NCBI GenBank assembly: GCA_024626585.2
Contig: JANKJI020000002.1
Location: forward strand, 152,642,721 to 152,660,721
DNA: 18,001 bases
Direction of reading: 5' to 3'
Source of the DNA: Ginkgo biloba
Lineage: Eukaryota; Plantae; Ginkgophyta
Shown: positions 1-10,419 of the stretch, one piece after another
Numbering within the stretch: the stretch's first letter is position 1
Layout: each line of letters starts with the position of its first letter
Translations under genes and position numbers: made by a program
The notes under the pieces: model-generated
The model's database searches: none
Seen by the model: the letters and a program-made list of their open reading frames with translations, nothing else
Told to the model about the DNA's origin: nothing

Positions 1-1449
1 AACCCTCTTTGTTCCCCTCATATCCACTTATCTCATCTTCCTCATCTTCTTTATCTTTTCTTTGGTACAAGACCCTCCGTACCTCTTCTTCTGCCATTGT
101 TCCTTGTCATATATGGACCCCGCTCTGAAGGAGTCCTGTAAGATGCAGAACATCTGTGTACTGCCTAATTTGTATCTTGATGTTCCCCATAAAGATTATG
201 GAGGGAACTTGTTCATTGATGGAAAAGTAATACCCAGACCTCACTTCGGATACATGAGAGACAGGAAGGCCGAAACACACCTCTCAGCAGTACACCGTAT
301 GATAGACATAGGGAAAATATGTAGATTGTGTGAAAAGAACTGTTGCAGGGACAACACTCATCTTGAATGAAGAAAACTCATACAGGCAGAAAGGAGAGAT
401 ACATTTTAGGCTTGCAAAGACATCTCCACCAATGTCATGAATAGATTAAAGTCAGTCCGACCCAGAAAACCCCCAGTGCAATTCAGCCTCTCTGACCAAA
501 TAAATCAGCTCTGCAACTAATTCAGTGGTTACTAGGCAACCATCTCTGCGCGGCCATCTTCCACTCAAATGGCTGCCTGGCAATTTGCTTATACCTGAAT
601 GGTTCCAACACCAAGTTATGATGTTTAAGGTTTTTAAGTTGAAACCCTTCTTGTTTGCTTAATTACACTTCCTTCTAACAAACTTTCTGAATGAGCATTC
701 CTCTCTTGCTACATTGGGGGACATATCCAATGATGAATGACTGGTTTGATGTATTTTTATGCAAAATCTCAAATGTTGGCCAAGGATTGAACACATGGAT
801 GCAGTTGTGAACATTTGACTAGTAAGTTCTTTGGAGGATTTTATAACTAGAAGTCTTACAATCCTAATTATAATATTCCTTTTACAAAGCTGGGAAATCA
901 AGTGTTTTGTGTCATAAGGATTATCCTCAATTCTTCTTCCCACTAGGAAAATTAGCGGCTCTCGATAGGAATTTTGTGATGTTATTTTGTATTATTTGAA
1001 GGGTGAACTTTCAGTGCTTGATACCATTGTTGCTTTTTATATTGTTGATGGAGAATTAGGCTAGTGAAAGCGGGAATTGCAAAATTTTTCCTGTTTGTCC
1101 CTGTTGTAGGATATAAGATCAAAGTATGTTTGTGTATNNNNNNNNNNNNNNNNNNNNNNNNNNNNNNNNNNNNNNNNNNNNNNNNNNNNNNNNNNNNNNN
1201 NNNNNNNNNNNNNNNNNNNNNNNNNNNNNNNNNNNNNTTTTTGTGATCTTTGCGTTCTGTTATTCTTTTGTTGTGCTTTCTTTATGATTATTGTTGTAGG
1301 TTCATTACAAATGTGTTGGTCATAATCTTATCACTATCTTTTCTCCCTTTCTTCACTAAAGAGTTATTTCATATTTGCTTTAAGTTTCCTTATTTAAATT
1401 ATGGTTCTTTTAACAATCATTGCATTGAATTTGCTTCAAACTCATATAG

Positions 1450-4330
1450 TTGCAAGTTTTTCTAATATATTATTAAAAACAACTTGTTTCTCTTAATCTA
1501 GATTTGTCAGATGATCTCTCTTGATCAAATCCGTTAGATCCATCTAAACATGGGCTTGGTTTTCTCTAGTTCCTCCGTTTACAAACTATTTTTCCCTATT
1601 GGAACAATTAGTAATTAAAAGGTTAATACTAGTAAGATTTTTAGGGTTTTGCCAATATGTCTTGGGAGCTTTGCATTCCTAAGATGAATGTTGAATATTC
1701 TCTTATTGTTGAATACATAGGTAGTATCTACAAAGACCATTCTAAAGAAATCTTGCATTTTGTTTTCCCATTAGAATTAGTCCATGAGCAAAGTTAAATG
1801 AAGGTATTCACCTTGGTTGCGAGGCCTTTCTTCCATATATTCTTCAATTTTACCTTTTTCTCCAGAGGGGAAAAGCATGTGCAAAGGCTTGTATAGTGTT
1901 CATATCTTGAAAATTTTGATCTTCTCCTTCATTGGACTAGTAGTGTTGAGTTTTTAGATTGTAGTTAAAATTTTATGGAGGAGGAAGTCCTTTAGTTAAG
2001 TGCTGATAAAGGTAGTTGTATTCATGCAAAATAAAGAGGAAAATTCTGCTGTGTGAGAAGATTTCCATTTTGTATTTTTAATAAAATAATTGACTTTAAC
2101 TAACTATTTATTATAGAATTCCCATAGGTCATTATAATATTCAACGTTCCCCAAAGATACTTCCCATCTACTAAACCACATGTCATCCCAAAATTTTATT
2201 TCGAACTTATGTTTTGGAGTAAAAATACGAGTCTTTTATGTAATCCATGCCTCTCTNNNNNNNNNNNNNNNNNNNNNNNNNNNNNNNNNNNNNNTCTCTT
2301 ATAGTTCCCCTAATTATATCTTTTGCACTTCCATCTCCACAATATTTTTGCCTTAATAATTTGCTCTAGGGTCTCTCATCTTCCTTCAAAGGTAGTTGAC
2401 CCCTTTTCATCCCTAAGCAAAACTTGTTAAAATGGGGTTAGGAACTTCTAAGGACATGACCCCATCTTATAAACCTATTTTCTTTTTATCTTGGAACCTT
2501 CCCATAGAATTTTGTTTAAAGATTGCTTGATAGCCTTTANNNNNNNNNNNNNNNNNNNNNNNNGCCCTAAACAACGATAAAGATAAATTAGGATTGGGCT
2601 AAGCAATGTTTTGATGAGAATGGCTCTTGTTGCCAAGGAAAGGTTCCTATATGACAACCTATTTATTTAGTTTGAATATTTTTTTAAAATGGGGTCCCAA
2701 TCCATTTTCTTTTGTTTCATAACACCAAGGGGAACTCCAAGGTACTTGAAGAATTTGTTACTATCATTGGGCCCTATTCCCCGTAACTCCCTAATTTCTT
2801 TTTCCAAATCTATTGCAATATAATGGCATTATATCACTATTTCTCATGGTTTATCCTTTCACCTAAGGCTTCTAAATAGGGATCTAAAGTGTATTTTAAA
2901 GGTTTTGCTTCTCTTGAAGTAACAACACCGGACATAATTATGTCATCTACGAATTGTTGATGAGTGATTGGATTTATTCCTCTAGTAGCTTCAACACCTT
3001 CTAGATTTCTTTCTTCCTTGTTCAACATATTGCTTAGGGCATCACTTGCTAAAATGAAAAAAGCAGGGAGAGGGGGCTCCCCTGTCTCAAACCTCTTTTG
3101 AATTTTAAAAAATCCTACAAATAGGCCGTTGATTAGAACTATTACTTGGATTAAGATATGTGATTGACTCTCCACCTAAGAATATTTTTATTGAATTCTA
3201 ATCCTTCTATAATTGCTCAAATAAAGGTCTAGCTTATATTGTCATATACTTTCCTCGTATCTATCTTAATATTCTTACTTGTTTTCTTTTCTAACCGTAT
3301 GGTATGTAAGTTTTCTTTAACATTTGTAATGTTGCTGACCATACTCTTCCACTGGATAAAGACACTTTGTTTAATGGCTATAATATTTTCAAGGATTGGT
3401 CTCAATCTTCGAGTTAAAATTTATGAATATATTTGGTAGTTGACATTGCATAATGTTTGGCCTTAAATCCTTCATTTTATTCGAATTCCCTTTCTTTAGG
3501 ATAAGTGACAAAAATGTAGTTTTTGGGATCTTTCTCCTTCAAAGAAAACATTAAATAAATCCTTAGTCTTCTTTGATGAAATTCAAACATGATTCACATA
3601 ATTCTTTGTGGAGTTCCTTTGGTCCTAGAGATTCCCCCCTCATATTACGAGTATTGTATGATATTTCTTCTAAATTAACTTCTATGGATAGGTGGTGGTT
3701 TTTGTATTAACCTTCCTTGGAATGATACAAAGAATTTTTCTATAGCATCCTGATTTATAATGAAGTTCTCAATAGTAGAGAGTGGTCTCCTTTAATATAT
3801 CCTCCCCTTTGTGAATACTTGTCCATAATTGGACCTCAACTTCAGAAGGTTTGTTTTCATTTGACAATATGTNNNNNNNNNNNNNNNNNNNNNNNNNNNN
3901 NNNNNNNNNNNNNNNNNNNAAGAAAAGATTTCTTAGATTTGACTCTTAGGGCTTCCTCATCTTTAATAACAAGTGTTCTAAATAGAGAGAATTTTCTCTT
4001 TCCTCTTGATCTATTTCTTTTGAAAAATCCCTTTGTCTCAATTTTCCTTTGTATGGACAATAATTCTTGTTGAATGCCTTATTTCTTCTATTACTCTTCT
4101 TCCTTTTTCTTTTTCCCTCGTATCTTTATCTGAATTTTTNNNNNNNNNNNNNNNNNNNNNNNNNNNNNNNNNNNNNNNNNNTTTTCCTTTGCTAAACTTA
4201 GGCCAGACTATTCTTTTACCCATTCAATTTTGATCATATTTCAGTATTCCTCATTCTTGAGCCATTCTAAATTGAATTTGAATGGTATATTATTTGAATC
4301 TTGGAACATAATGAGCATCCTGATTTGTAT
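1450..4330 (-). mobile_element. Degenerate L1-clade LINE retrotransposon ORF2 remnant (end of endonuclease region, reverse transcriptase, zf-RVT region)
   Basis: Minus-strand translation gives LINE ORF2 motifs in the expected order: PFKFNLEWL (~4260-4290, cf. PFRFENMWL); TFLSLILKK and TLCNVNYQIYS*ILTRRLRP (~3400-3520, cf. ISLCNVSYKIVSKILANRL); IKIDTRKVYD (~3240-3270, cf. LKLDMSKAYD); KRGLRQGSPLS (~3065-3099, cf. RGLRQGDPLSP, frameshifted relative to the ORF track); ITHQQFVDD (FVDD 2942-2953, cf. FADD); KYLGVPL (~2728-2748); LSLATRAILIKTLLSPILIY (~2580-2640, cf. LSxAGRxxLIKSVL); IKFWDDMW (~2177-2200); QI*IKRNK (~1480-1510, cf. WQIWKERN). Many stops, frameshifts and N-gaps. Boundaries are approximate. 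Confidence 0.9.
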
Positions 4331-5929
4331 GAGTTATATGATAGAAGAAATATTTAATTTGAAAATTGAGTTAAATAAGCATGTCAAAGTAGAGAAATAA
4401 TGTAGGAAAGCATGGAAAATTAACGAGATATGAAATGGGAGACACCAAGTAAGAGTATCATGTTTAGGATTNNNNNNNNNNNNNNNNNNNNNNNNNNNNN
4501 NNNNNNNNNNNNNNNNNNNNNNNNNNNNNNNNNNNNNNNNNNNNNNNNNNNNNNNNNNNNNNNNNNNNNNNNNNAGATTTTCAATGCGACCTAAATTAGT
4601 TGGTTAGAATAATGAATGTGTGAATGATAAAAGGGAAATGGAAAACACAAAAAAACAAGCAAAAGAGAAGATATTAATAAAATATTTTCCAAAAGACATG
4701 TCTAGAGACATTAGAAAATAAACTAGTAAAATGAGATTTTGTAATGATGAGAAATGAGTATTATGTGTTAAGGTGGGCATGAAAAATGGAAACTATTAAA
4801 AGAGGTTGAATGGTAAATGAAGTGATCATATTTGTTAGCATATCAGAATTATTGTTGTTAGGTGATAAAATCCATTACAAATGAAAAAGTAGTGCTAAAA
4901 GGGATAATGAACATAAAAATCTAATAGTAGCATTGCCATATGAACTTTTGGCATGTATATATGAATTTGCATGTTATATAATATAATCACAATATGTGTT
5001 ATTGAAAGGACATCGCTCTTCAACATGATTTCTTTCAAATGTAGATTTGTATGTTTCTCAAGTGTGTTACAAAGTAATTAGAGTACACATTCCACGAACT
5101 ATTTGACATGAGCATGTAAAAGTGATACTAGAGTTAGATTTGATCTTAGATGAGACTTGAAGAGAGTTTGTGAGAATAATGATAGTGAAAACGCATATTT
5201 TAAGAAGCATCTACATGTTTTTTTTAATTTTGTTTATGTATTGAAAAGTTGTTATGCTACCCAAATTCATTCGAGAATGATGTTTTTTAAAGGAATATCC
5301 TAGAGGATTAGTTTTTGTGTTAATTTGAAGGAGAAATATCTCAAAATCTAGGGAATAAGAGGAAGGTGCCTTCCCAATTAATGGTTGTGTATAAAAAAAT
5401 TAGATCATGTTTCAAAAGTCCATTAAAAGTTTAATAAAGACCTGGCACTTCTCATCTCATTCACACTAGTATCTTGAGTTTGAAATAGGCTTTGGTCATA
5501 ATAGTAATAATATTTTAGTCCTTTACATGGTTTCTACTTTTTTCTTTTCTTTCACACTTTGTATATATTTCCCTTTTTCTTCACATTTCATGGAAATAAC
5601 TTTCAATTCCAAAAAACTAAACAACATTATATTTTATGTGATTTGAATTTTATTGATATTTTATATTTGTTTTACTACCATTGTCTTACAAACTCATTTG
5701 TATTTAAAGTGTTGATACATTTTGTCATACCGTTTACACTAATCTTATGGTATGACCATCTAGTGTACTAATTTGTGTGCCCCCTTAAAGAGATTTCTAA
5801 ACTTAAAAAAGTTTGAATACATAAATTGTGTTAATATTCAAGTTTCCAAGCTCTTTTTTCTTTTTTTTTTGCTAGTTTTTTTTTTTTTTCTTGATCTTAC
5901 TTTCTTGCTCTTAGCATGAGTATTTATTT

Positions 5930-6577
5930 TCATCTATTATTTATGCAATGCAATGACACACTAAATGAGCGAATGACTGAAAACAAACCTTTTTCATACT
6001 AAAAAATGGGTTGTTTTATTTCTCACTTTTCTCAATGCAAATCTTCTAAGTTTTTTTGAACATATTTTATAGAGATTTTCCTTACCATGGTTGATTTCTA
6101 TGCAAAGTAAATCATGTTTTCACTTAATAATTTTACTAAAATCTTCTCATTTTTAACTAAAGTCAAATCCTAAAAAATGTATTTTAAATTTTTAAAATTT
6201 TAAATTAGTTTAAATATATTATATAAAACTAATAACCAATTTATGTGTTGTGAAGATATTGATATTAGATCAATAAAATATAATAATTAACAAAATATTA
6301 GAATTTTATCTAGAAAATTACTTCATATTTCATCAAAAATCTATATCACGTTCATTCTATTTCAAATGAATAATCTGTAGAATTCAAATAATAATAAATG
6401 ACATATTATGAATGCTCAAATGTAGTTTTTATAGTAGATTTATAGAATTTCTTTGAATTTATTTTATACTTTTGTATGTGATTTGACTAGGTACGGTTGT
6501 TTTCAGTTAGTTGTTAAGACCTATAAGATTTTGTTAGTGATAGTGTGCAAGAGTGTTTGAGACAATGGAAGTTAGTA
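5930..6577 (+). repeat. AT-rich dispersed repeat, copy A (direct repeat of ~10420-11069), truncated by a 100-N gap
   Basis: Colinear similarity to copy B from aatgcaatgacacactaaatgagc (~5947) vs aatgtaatgacacattaaataagc (~10434), through tattatgaatgct and ttttatacttttgtatg, to a 49-nt identical block (6529-6577 = 11021-11069). Confidence 0.85.
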
Positions 6578-6678
6578 NNNNNNNNNNNNNNNNNNNNNNN
6601 NNNNNNNNNNNNNNNNNNNNNNNNNNNNNNNNNNNNNNNNNNNNNNNNNNNNNNNNNNNNNNNNNNNNNNNNNNNNNG

Positions 6679-7218
6679 AAAAAAGAAGATCAAACCTGTA
6701 AATCTATGGAGGATGATCAAGAAGGTGACATATTGGATGGTGCATTAGCAATATAATTAAACACTAAGGTAATGCTTAAACACAATACCAGAGTTAACTT
6801 GCCAAAGATTATTGGAAATTTTGAGAAGGCATATCCCGATTGTCATAGAAAACATAATTGTAAAGTGTGTTATCAGGAGGATGACCAGGGCAAGGTTAAG
6901 ATAAGCGAAATAAATAATGTGGAGAAAGAGGCAGAGGCCAAGATTCAAGGAGTAGTGAAAGTTCTAAAGACTTCAAAGGCAAAATTTAACATAAATTAAC
7001 GCTACCAATGCAAAGGTAATGAAGCAAAGTCTAATACCGAGCCTCTAGAGCATAGAGATGACTTACAATCTAACGTTGTATAAAGTGAATCTAATTCACT
7101 AAAGGGTTGAAACATGTATACAAGATTTGGAAAGAAAATTGTCAGTGGAGTCTTTAGATATGATCATGAATCACGATGGTATAAGATTTTATTTGAAGAT
7201 GATTATAAGGAGGCCCTT
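6679..7218 (+). pseudogene. Decayed coding fragment with a PTM/DIR17-like Tudor domain, possibly 2-3 tandem Tudor-like units
   Basis: Frame +1 at 7096-7218 reads SLKG*NMYTRFGKKIVSGVFRYDHESRWYKILFEDDYKEAL, matching the plant PTM/DIR17 Tudor pattern LxGRxVxKxFGxxxxxGxVxxYDxESxWYKVxYEDGDxEDL. The same frame runs from 6679 with stops only at 6754, 6997, 7081 and 7108. Confidence 0.65.
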
Positions 7219-7752
7219 ATGGTTCACTTTGTAGCATCAATTGGAAGTTATTATTATATTGTGGATTGGGAATACTAGACTAATGGTCTGACCCGAATTA
7301 AGGTTGGGCTAAGTGGAATTTTAATGATAAAAGGAAAAATATATGAGAATGTTGACCTGATCATATTCCAAGATGAAACTTATGTAAATTTTCTTGTAGA
7401 AAATATAATAGGGGTTATTAATGACCATTTTGTTACATTCTACCTTGGCATGGATGTTGATGGTACATACAACTCCCTTATTAAAGTGAAGATGGCAAAA
7501 CAAGCTATGCAGGTTGGACCAACTCCTAGGAAAAGCTATTGGAAAGCAGAGAAACATATTGTCCAAACAGAGAAGGATGCCCAAATCAAGCTAAGCATTC
7601 ATGACCCATCTGAATTTCATATAATCAATCCATTGAAGAAGACGAAGGTTGGCAATTCGGTGGGATATAAAGTTGTGCCAGGGGCCACTGCTGCAAGTTT
7701 GCTTGATCACAATGATCCTCCTCAGCAGCGAGGGGCCTTCACAAATAACCAG

Positions 7753-7862
7753 GTTTGGTTGATTTCATTTTTGAGCTTTTTTTTCTTGATGGAGTCCCTG
7801 TTGAGTTTTCAATCCACATGGACACAAATATTTCTTTCTAATAAAAATATTTTATGCATCAG
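7753..7862 (+). other. Spliceosomal intron (110 nt, phase 0) in the CuAO fragment
   Basis: CAG|GTTTGG donor and TTTATGCATCAG|ATA acceptor, T-rich interior. Removal joins FTNNQ to IWVTPYN, the conserved CuAO sequence. Confidence 0.9.
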
Positions 7863-7960
7863 ATATGGGTCACTCCATACAATCGTAGCGAGGAGTGGGC
7901 AGGTGGACTCTTTGTTTACCAAAGCCATGGCGAAGACACTCTTGCTGTCTGGTCTAACAG

Positions 7961-8126
7961 GTAAGTAGCTATCTTCAAAGTCAATATTATTCTTTCTCCT
8001 AAATTTCTAGGAAGTTTTAAAACAGGCTTCATATAACAAGGTTGCACATAGAATAATACATCCAATAGATGTACTGGAGGGATGCTCTGATTAAGCTTGT
8101 GATGGGGTTATGTCAATGTGTAACAG
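7961..8126 (+). other. Spliceosomal intron (166 nt, phase 2) in the CuAO fragment
   Basis: AG|GTAAGT consensus donor and TAACAG|G acceptor. Removal restores [14 protein letters not shown] (cf. WSDRDRxIENKDIV). Confidence 0.9.
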
Positions 8127-8394
8127 GAACCGACCCATTGAGAAAAAGGATATTGTGCTTTGGTACACACTTGGTTTCCACCATCTTCCTTGCCAAGAGG
8201 ACTTCCCAATCATGCCAACTGTGACAACAGGCTTTGATCTGAAACCAGCAAACTTCTTTGAAAGCAACCCAATCGTGAAGACTCTACCCAATTTTGAGAA
8301 GGATCTTCCCATGTGTGCAGCTCCAGCTGCTTGAACATTCACACCTCCATGCCGTGTTCTAACAATGGTTCTTAAGACAAATTTGGTTTTAGTT

Positions 8395-8400
8395 AATAAA
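8395..8400 (+). promoter_or_regulatory. Candidate polyadenylation signal (AATAAA) in the CuAO 3' UTR; second candidate at 8684-8689
   Basis: AATAAA lies 60 nt downstream of the TGA stop at 8332-8334 and is followed by U/G-rich sequence. The motif is common by chance in AT-rich DNA. Confidence 0.3.
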
Positions 8401-10419
8401 ACTAAACAATGCCTTTAACATCTTTAGTTCCCTCTATATGCAACTGTAGTTTCTTCTGTAGTGCTTTCAGGATCATTCTTTGGAAGATTCTAATGCAGCT
8501 GTTATAGTTTGAAATTGTCCCAGTGTAACTGTTGTCTCTGGGATTTTCTGTGCAAGTCTTGAAGGCTTGAGCTGGTGTATCAAGGTAAGCCTAGAGGTTG
8601 CCTAGTTAATAATTGTTGCCTCCATGTATGTTAGTTTGCCGCGTTGCTCTTACGTTCAAGTCTTCCCACCTTGTAATAAGGTAAATAAAGTGCATAATCA
8701 TCAACTTATGATCAATTGGTCATTTCAACTATGTGGGTGTTATAATCTTAATATGGAGTCCAATCCAAATTTTGCTTTAATAGCAAAGCCCCGTTAGGAG
8801 ATTATTACAACTGCTTAACAATGTACATATAATTGTGCAGATTCACTAGTTCAGTTCAAAAGCTTGAAAAAACCAAGTAAAACAGAGATAATTAAATCAT
8901 GTATTGATAATCTCTTTATTGAAGTTAAAAGATGAGGCAAGTGCCCCTGTTATCTCATCATTGGAGGCGAATATTGTATTGTAGATTTACGAAACCTTTA
9001 GTGCCCATGTTAAAAGGATTTGATATCTCATGAAATGGCTCAAAGTATGATTGCTCTTCTAGCTCTTCCTTCTAGTAAGATTCACATTGCTCGAAAGCAT
9101 CTATAAAATCCTCCTTTGATTGCTAATCTTCTGAATCGTCTAATTGTTGTAAGCCTTGATTTATGTCTGGTTCATTTCTTGTGTTGTCATTGTTATCCTC
9201 ACCTAGATTATCATCTAAGTCTAAAAGGGTGTATCTCGGCCTTTGTCACGGCTTTTAGGACACGTGTTGAGAAACAAAGCTTATTGGACTAAGCATTCTA
9301 TAAGAAATCTCTTCTTTAAAAGCACATAGGAATTCACAATGAATCCAATGAGACAATCCTAGATCCCAAGAGATGGTCCTATAGGTGTAGCAATGTGATT
9401 AAATAATAGCGACCCATGCTTTGAGGGCAACACATAATAAAAGGGGGTGGCATGTTTTGTCTGCCAACATATGTATAGATCATGGATCATTGTGTAGAGA
9501 TAAGTGGTGGCCCATGTTTGTGAGGTTAACAACAATAACACTCTAGAAACATGTGCGAAGGTCTAAGTAGAGGAGGCTCTTTTTTTGTTCGAGTGGTTTG
9601 TACTTAGCTTCTTCATTATTGCTTCACCTTCAAAGCATTGGTTGCCATTGTCTAATTGCAGTTATACACATGTACTTGACTATCTTTTGAGATGTAAAAG
9701 TCTCTCCTTGGGTTCATTATATAATTGCCAAATTTAGGGAGATTGATCTTTCGCTTTCCACACTTTATGGAGAGAAAATATGGCCACGTGATACCAAGGC
9801 CAAAGTATCTTATGAAGGAGCTACTAGCAAGTATGTATCTTGAACAATAGAGTTGATTCCCTTTCATAACCCATTGTGAATTTAAAAATAAAAATAAAAA
9901 TGGCAAGATACACCTTGCAAGAAATGGATAAAGATGGCAATCAAAGCAAGATTTTTTTTGGCTATTTTAAAAACCTAAATTTAGAATTCTATCATTATTG
10001 TCACCTTGAGTAACAAAAGACTAGTGAACATTAGAGATTTGTGGAGAATTATGCTAATATGTAGGTCGTTGAATTGTATTACCTTTTCAAACCACCTCAT
10101 TAACCCATTTCTAGAGAAATAAGCTACTAGATCCCTTTGCTTTTATGTCAAAAGAGGACAAATTTTCTTTCTCATCTTGTGAAATAGATTTTAAGAGGTG
10201 AATTAAACCCTTGCATTGGATCCAATTTTACATGCTATTGATATAGTGTTTTCTAAGATCTCCAACAAACACATGATATTTATCCTCCAAATATGGTAAA
10301 ATTCCACCTTATAGGTGAGCATCCTTAAGGATTGTTGGAAGAGATCTTTTGGAAACTATTCAAAGGCTTTTGCCCAAGACAACATCGAGGCAAATTAGAT
10401 AAAGTTCCATTGATTCCTT

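Larger units (their letters stand above)
7207..8334 (+). pseudogene. CuAO: Copper amine oxidase (primary amine oxidase, CuAOdelta/gamma-like) 3'-half pseudogene or truncated gene; coding segments ~7207-7752, 7863-7960, 8127-8334
   Basis: The spliced translation matches the C-terminal half of the plant CuAO catalytic domain: LMVHFVASIGSYYYIVDWEY*TNGLTRIKVGLSGILMIKG...ENIIGVINDHFVTFYLGMDVDG...SLLDHNDPPQQRGAFTNNQ / IWVTPYNRSEEWAGGLFVYQSHGEDTLAVWSNR / [32 protein letters not shown]...NFFESNPI...[11 protein letters not shown]. Lesions: in-frame TAG at 7276-7278, NYDY changed to SYYY (7246-7257), HDH changed to NDH (7420-7428). No N-terminal CuAO domains upstream. Confidence 0.92.

Noticed and set aside
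62-370. 102-aa Cys-containing plus-strand ORF
   Set aside because: Non-ATG start, no recognisable domain and no splice support.
659-943. Minus ORF ending EECSFRKFVRRKCN, reminiscent of a LINE RNase H-like C-terminus
   Set aside because: No catalytic motifs (DG, EGDS) found, and it is separated from the LINE by a 100-N gap. Too weak to call.
5854-5889. Poly-T tracts as the poly(A) tail of a minus-strand retroposon
   Set aside because: No target-site duplication found, and repeat copy B lacks an equivalent tract.
7753-7968. Hydrophobic C-terminal tail of ORF 7324..7968 (VWLISFLSFFFLMES...) suggesting a membrane-anchored CuAO
   Set aside because: It is read-through of the 110-nt intron followed by the wrong frame of the next exon. 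Splicing restores the conserved sequence.
7321-8342. Antisense ORFs 7321..7584 and 8091..8342
   Set aside because: They are shadow ORFs opposite CuAO coding exons with no recognisable motifs.
8583-8605. Small hairpin ending in CTAG as a possible Helitron 3' end explaining gene capture
   Set aside because: The stem is imperfect, lacks the usual ~10-nt spacer before CTRR, and no matching 5' TC end can be defined.
9785-9790. G-box CACGTG
   Set aside because: A single hexamer, not upstream of any identifiable gene, and expected by chance.
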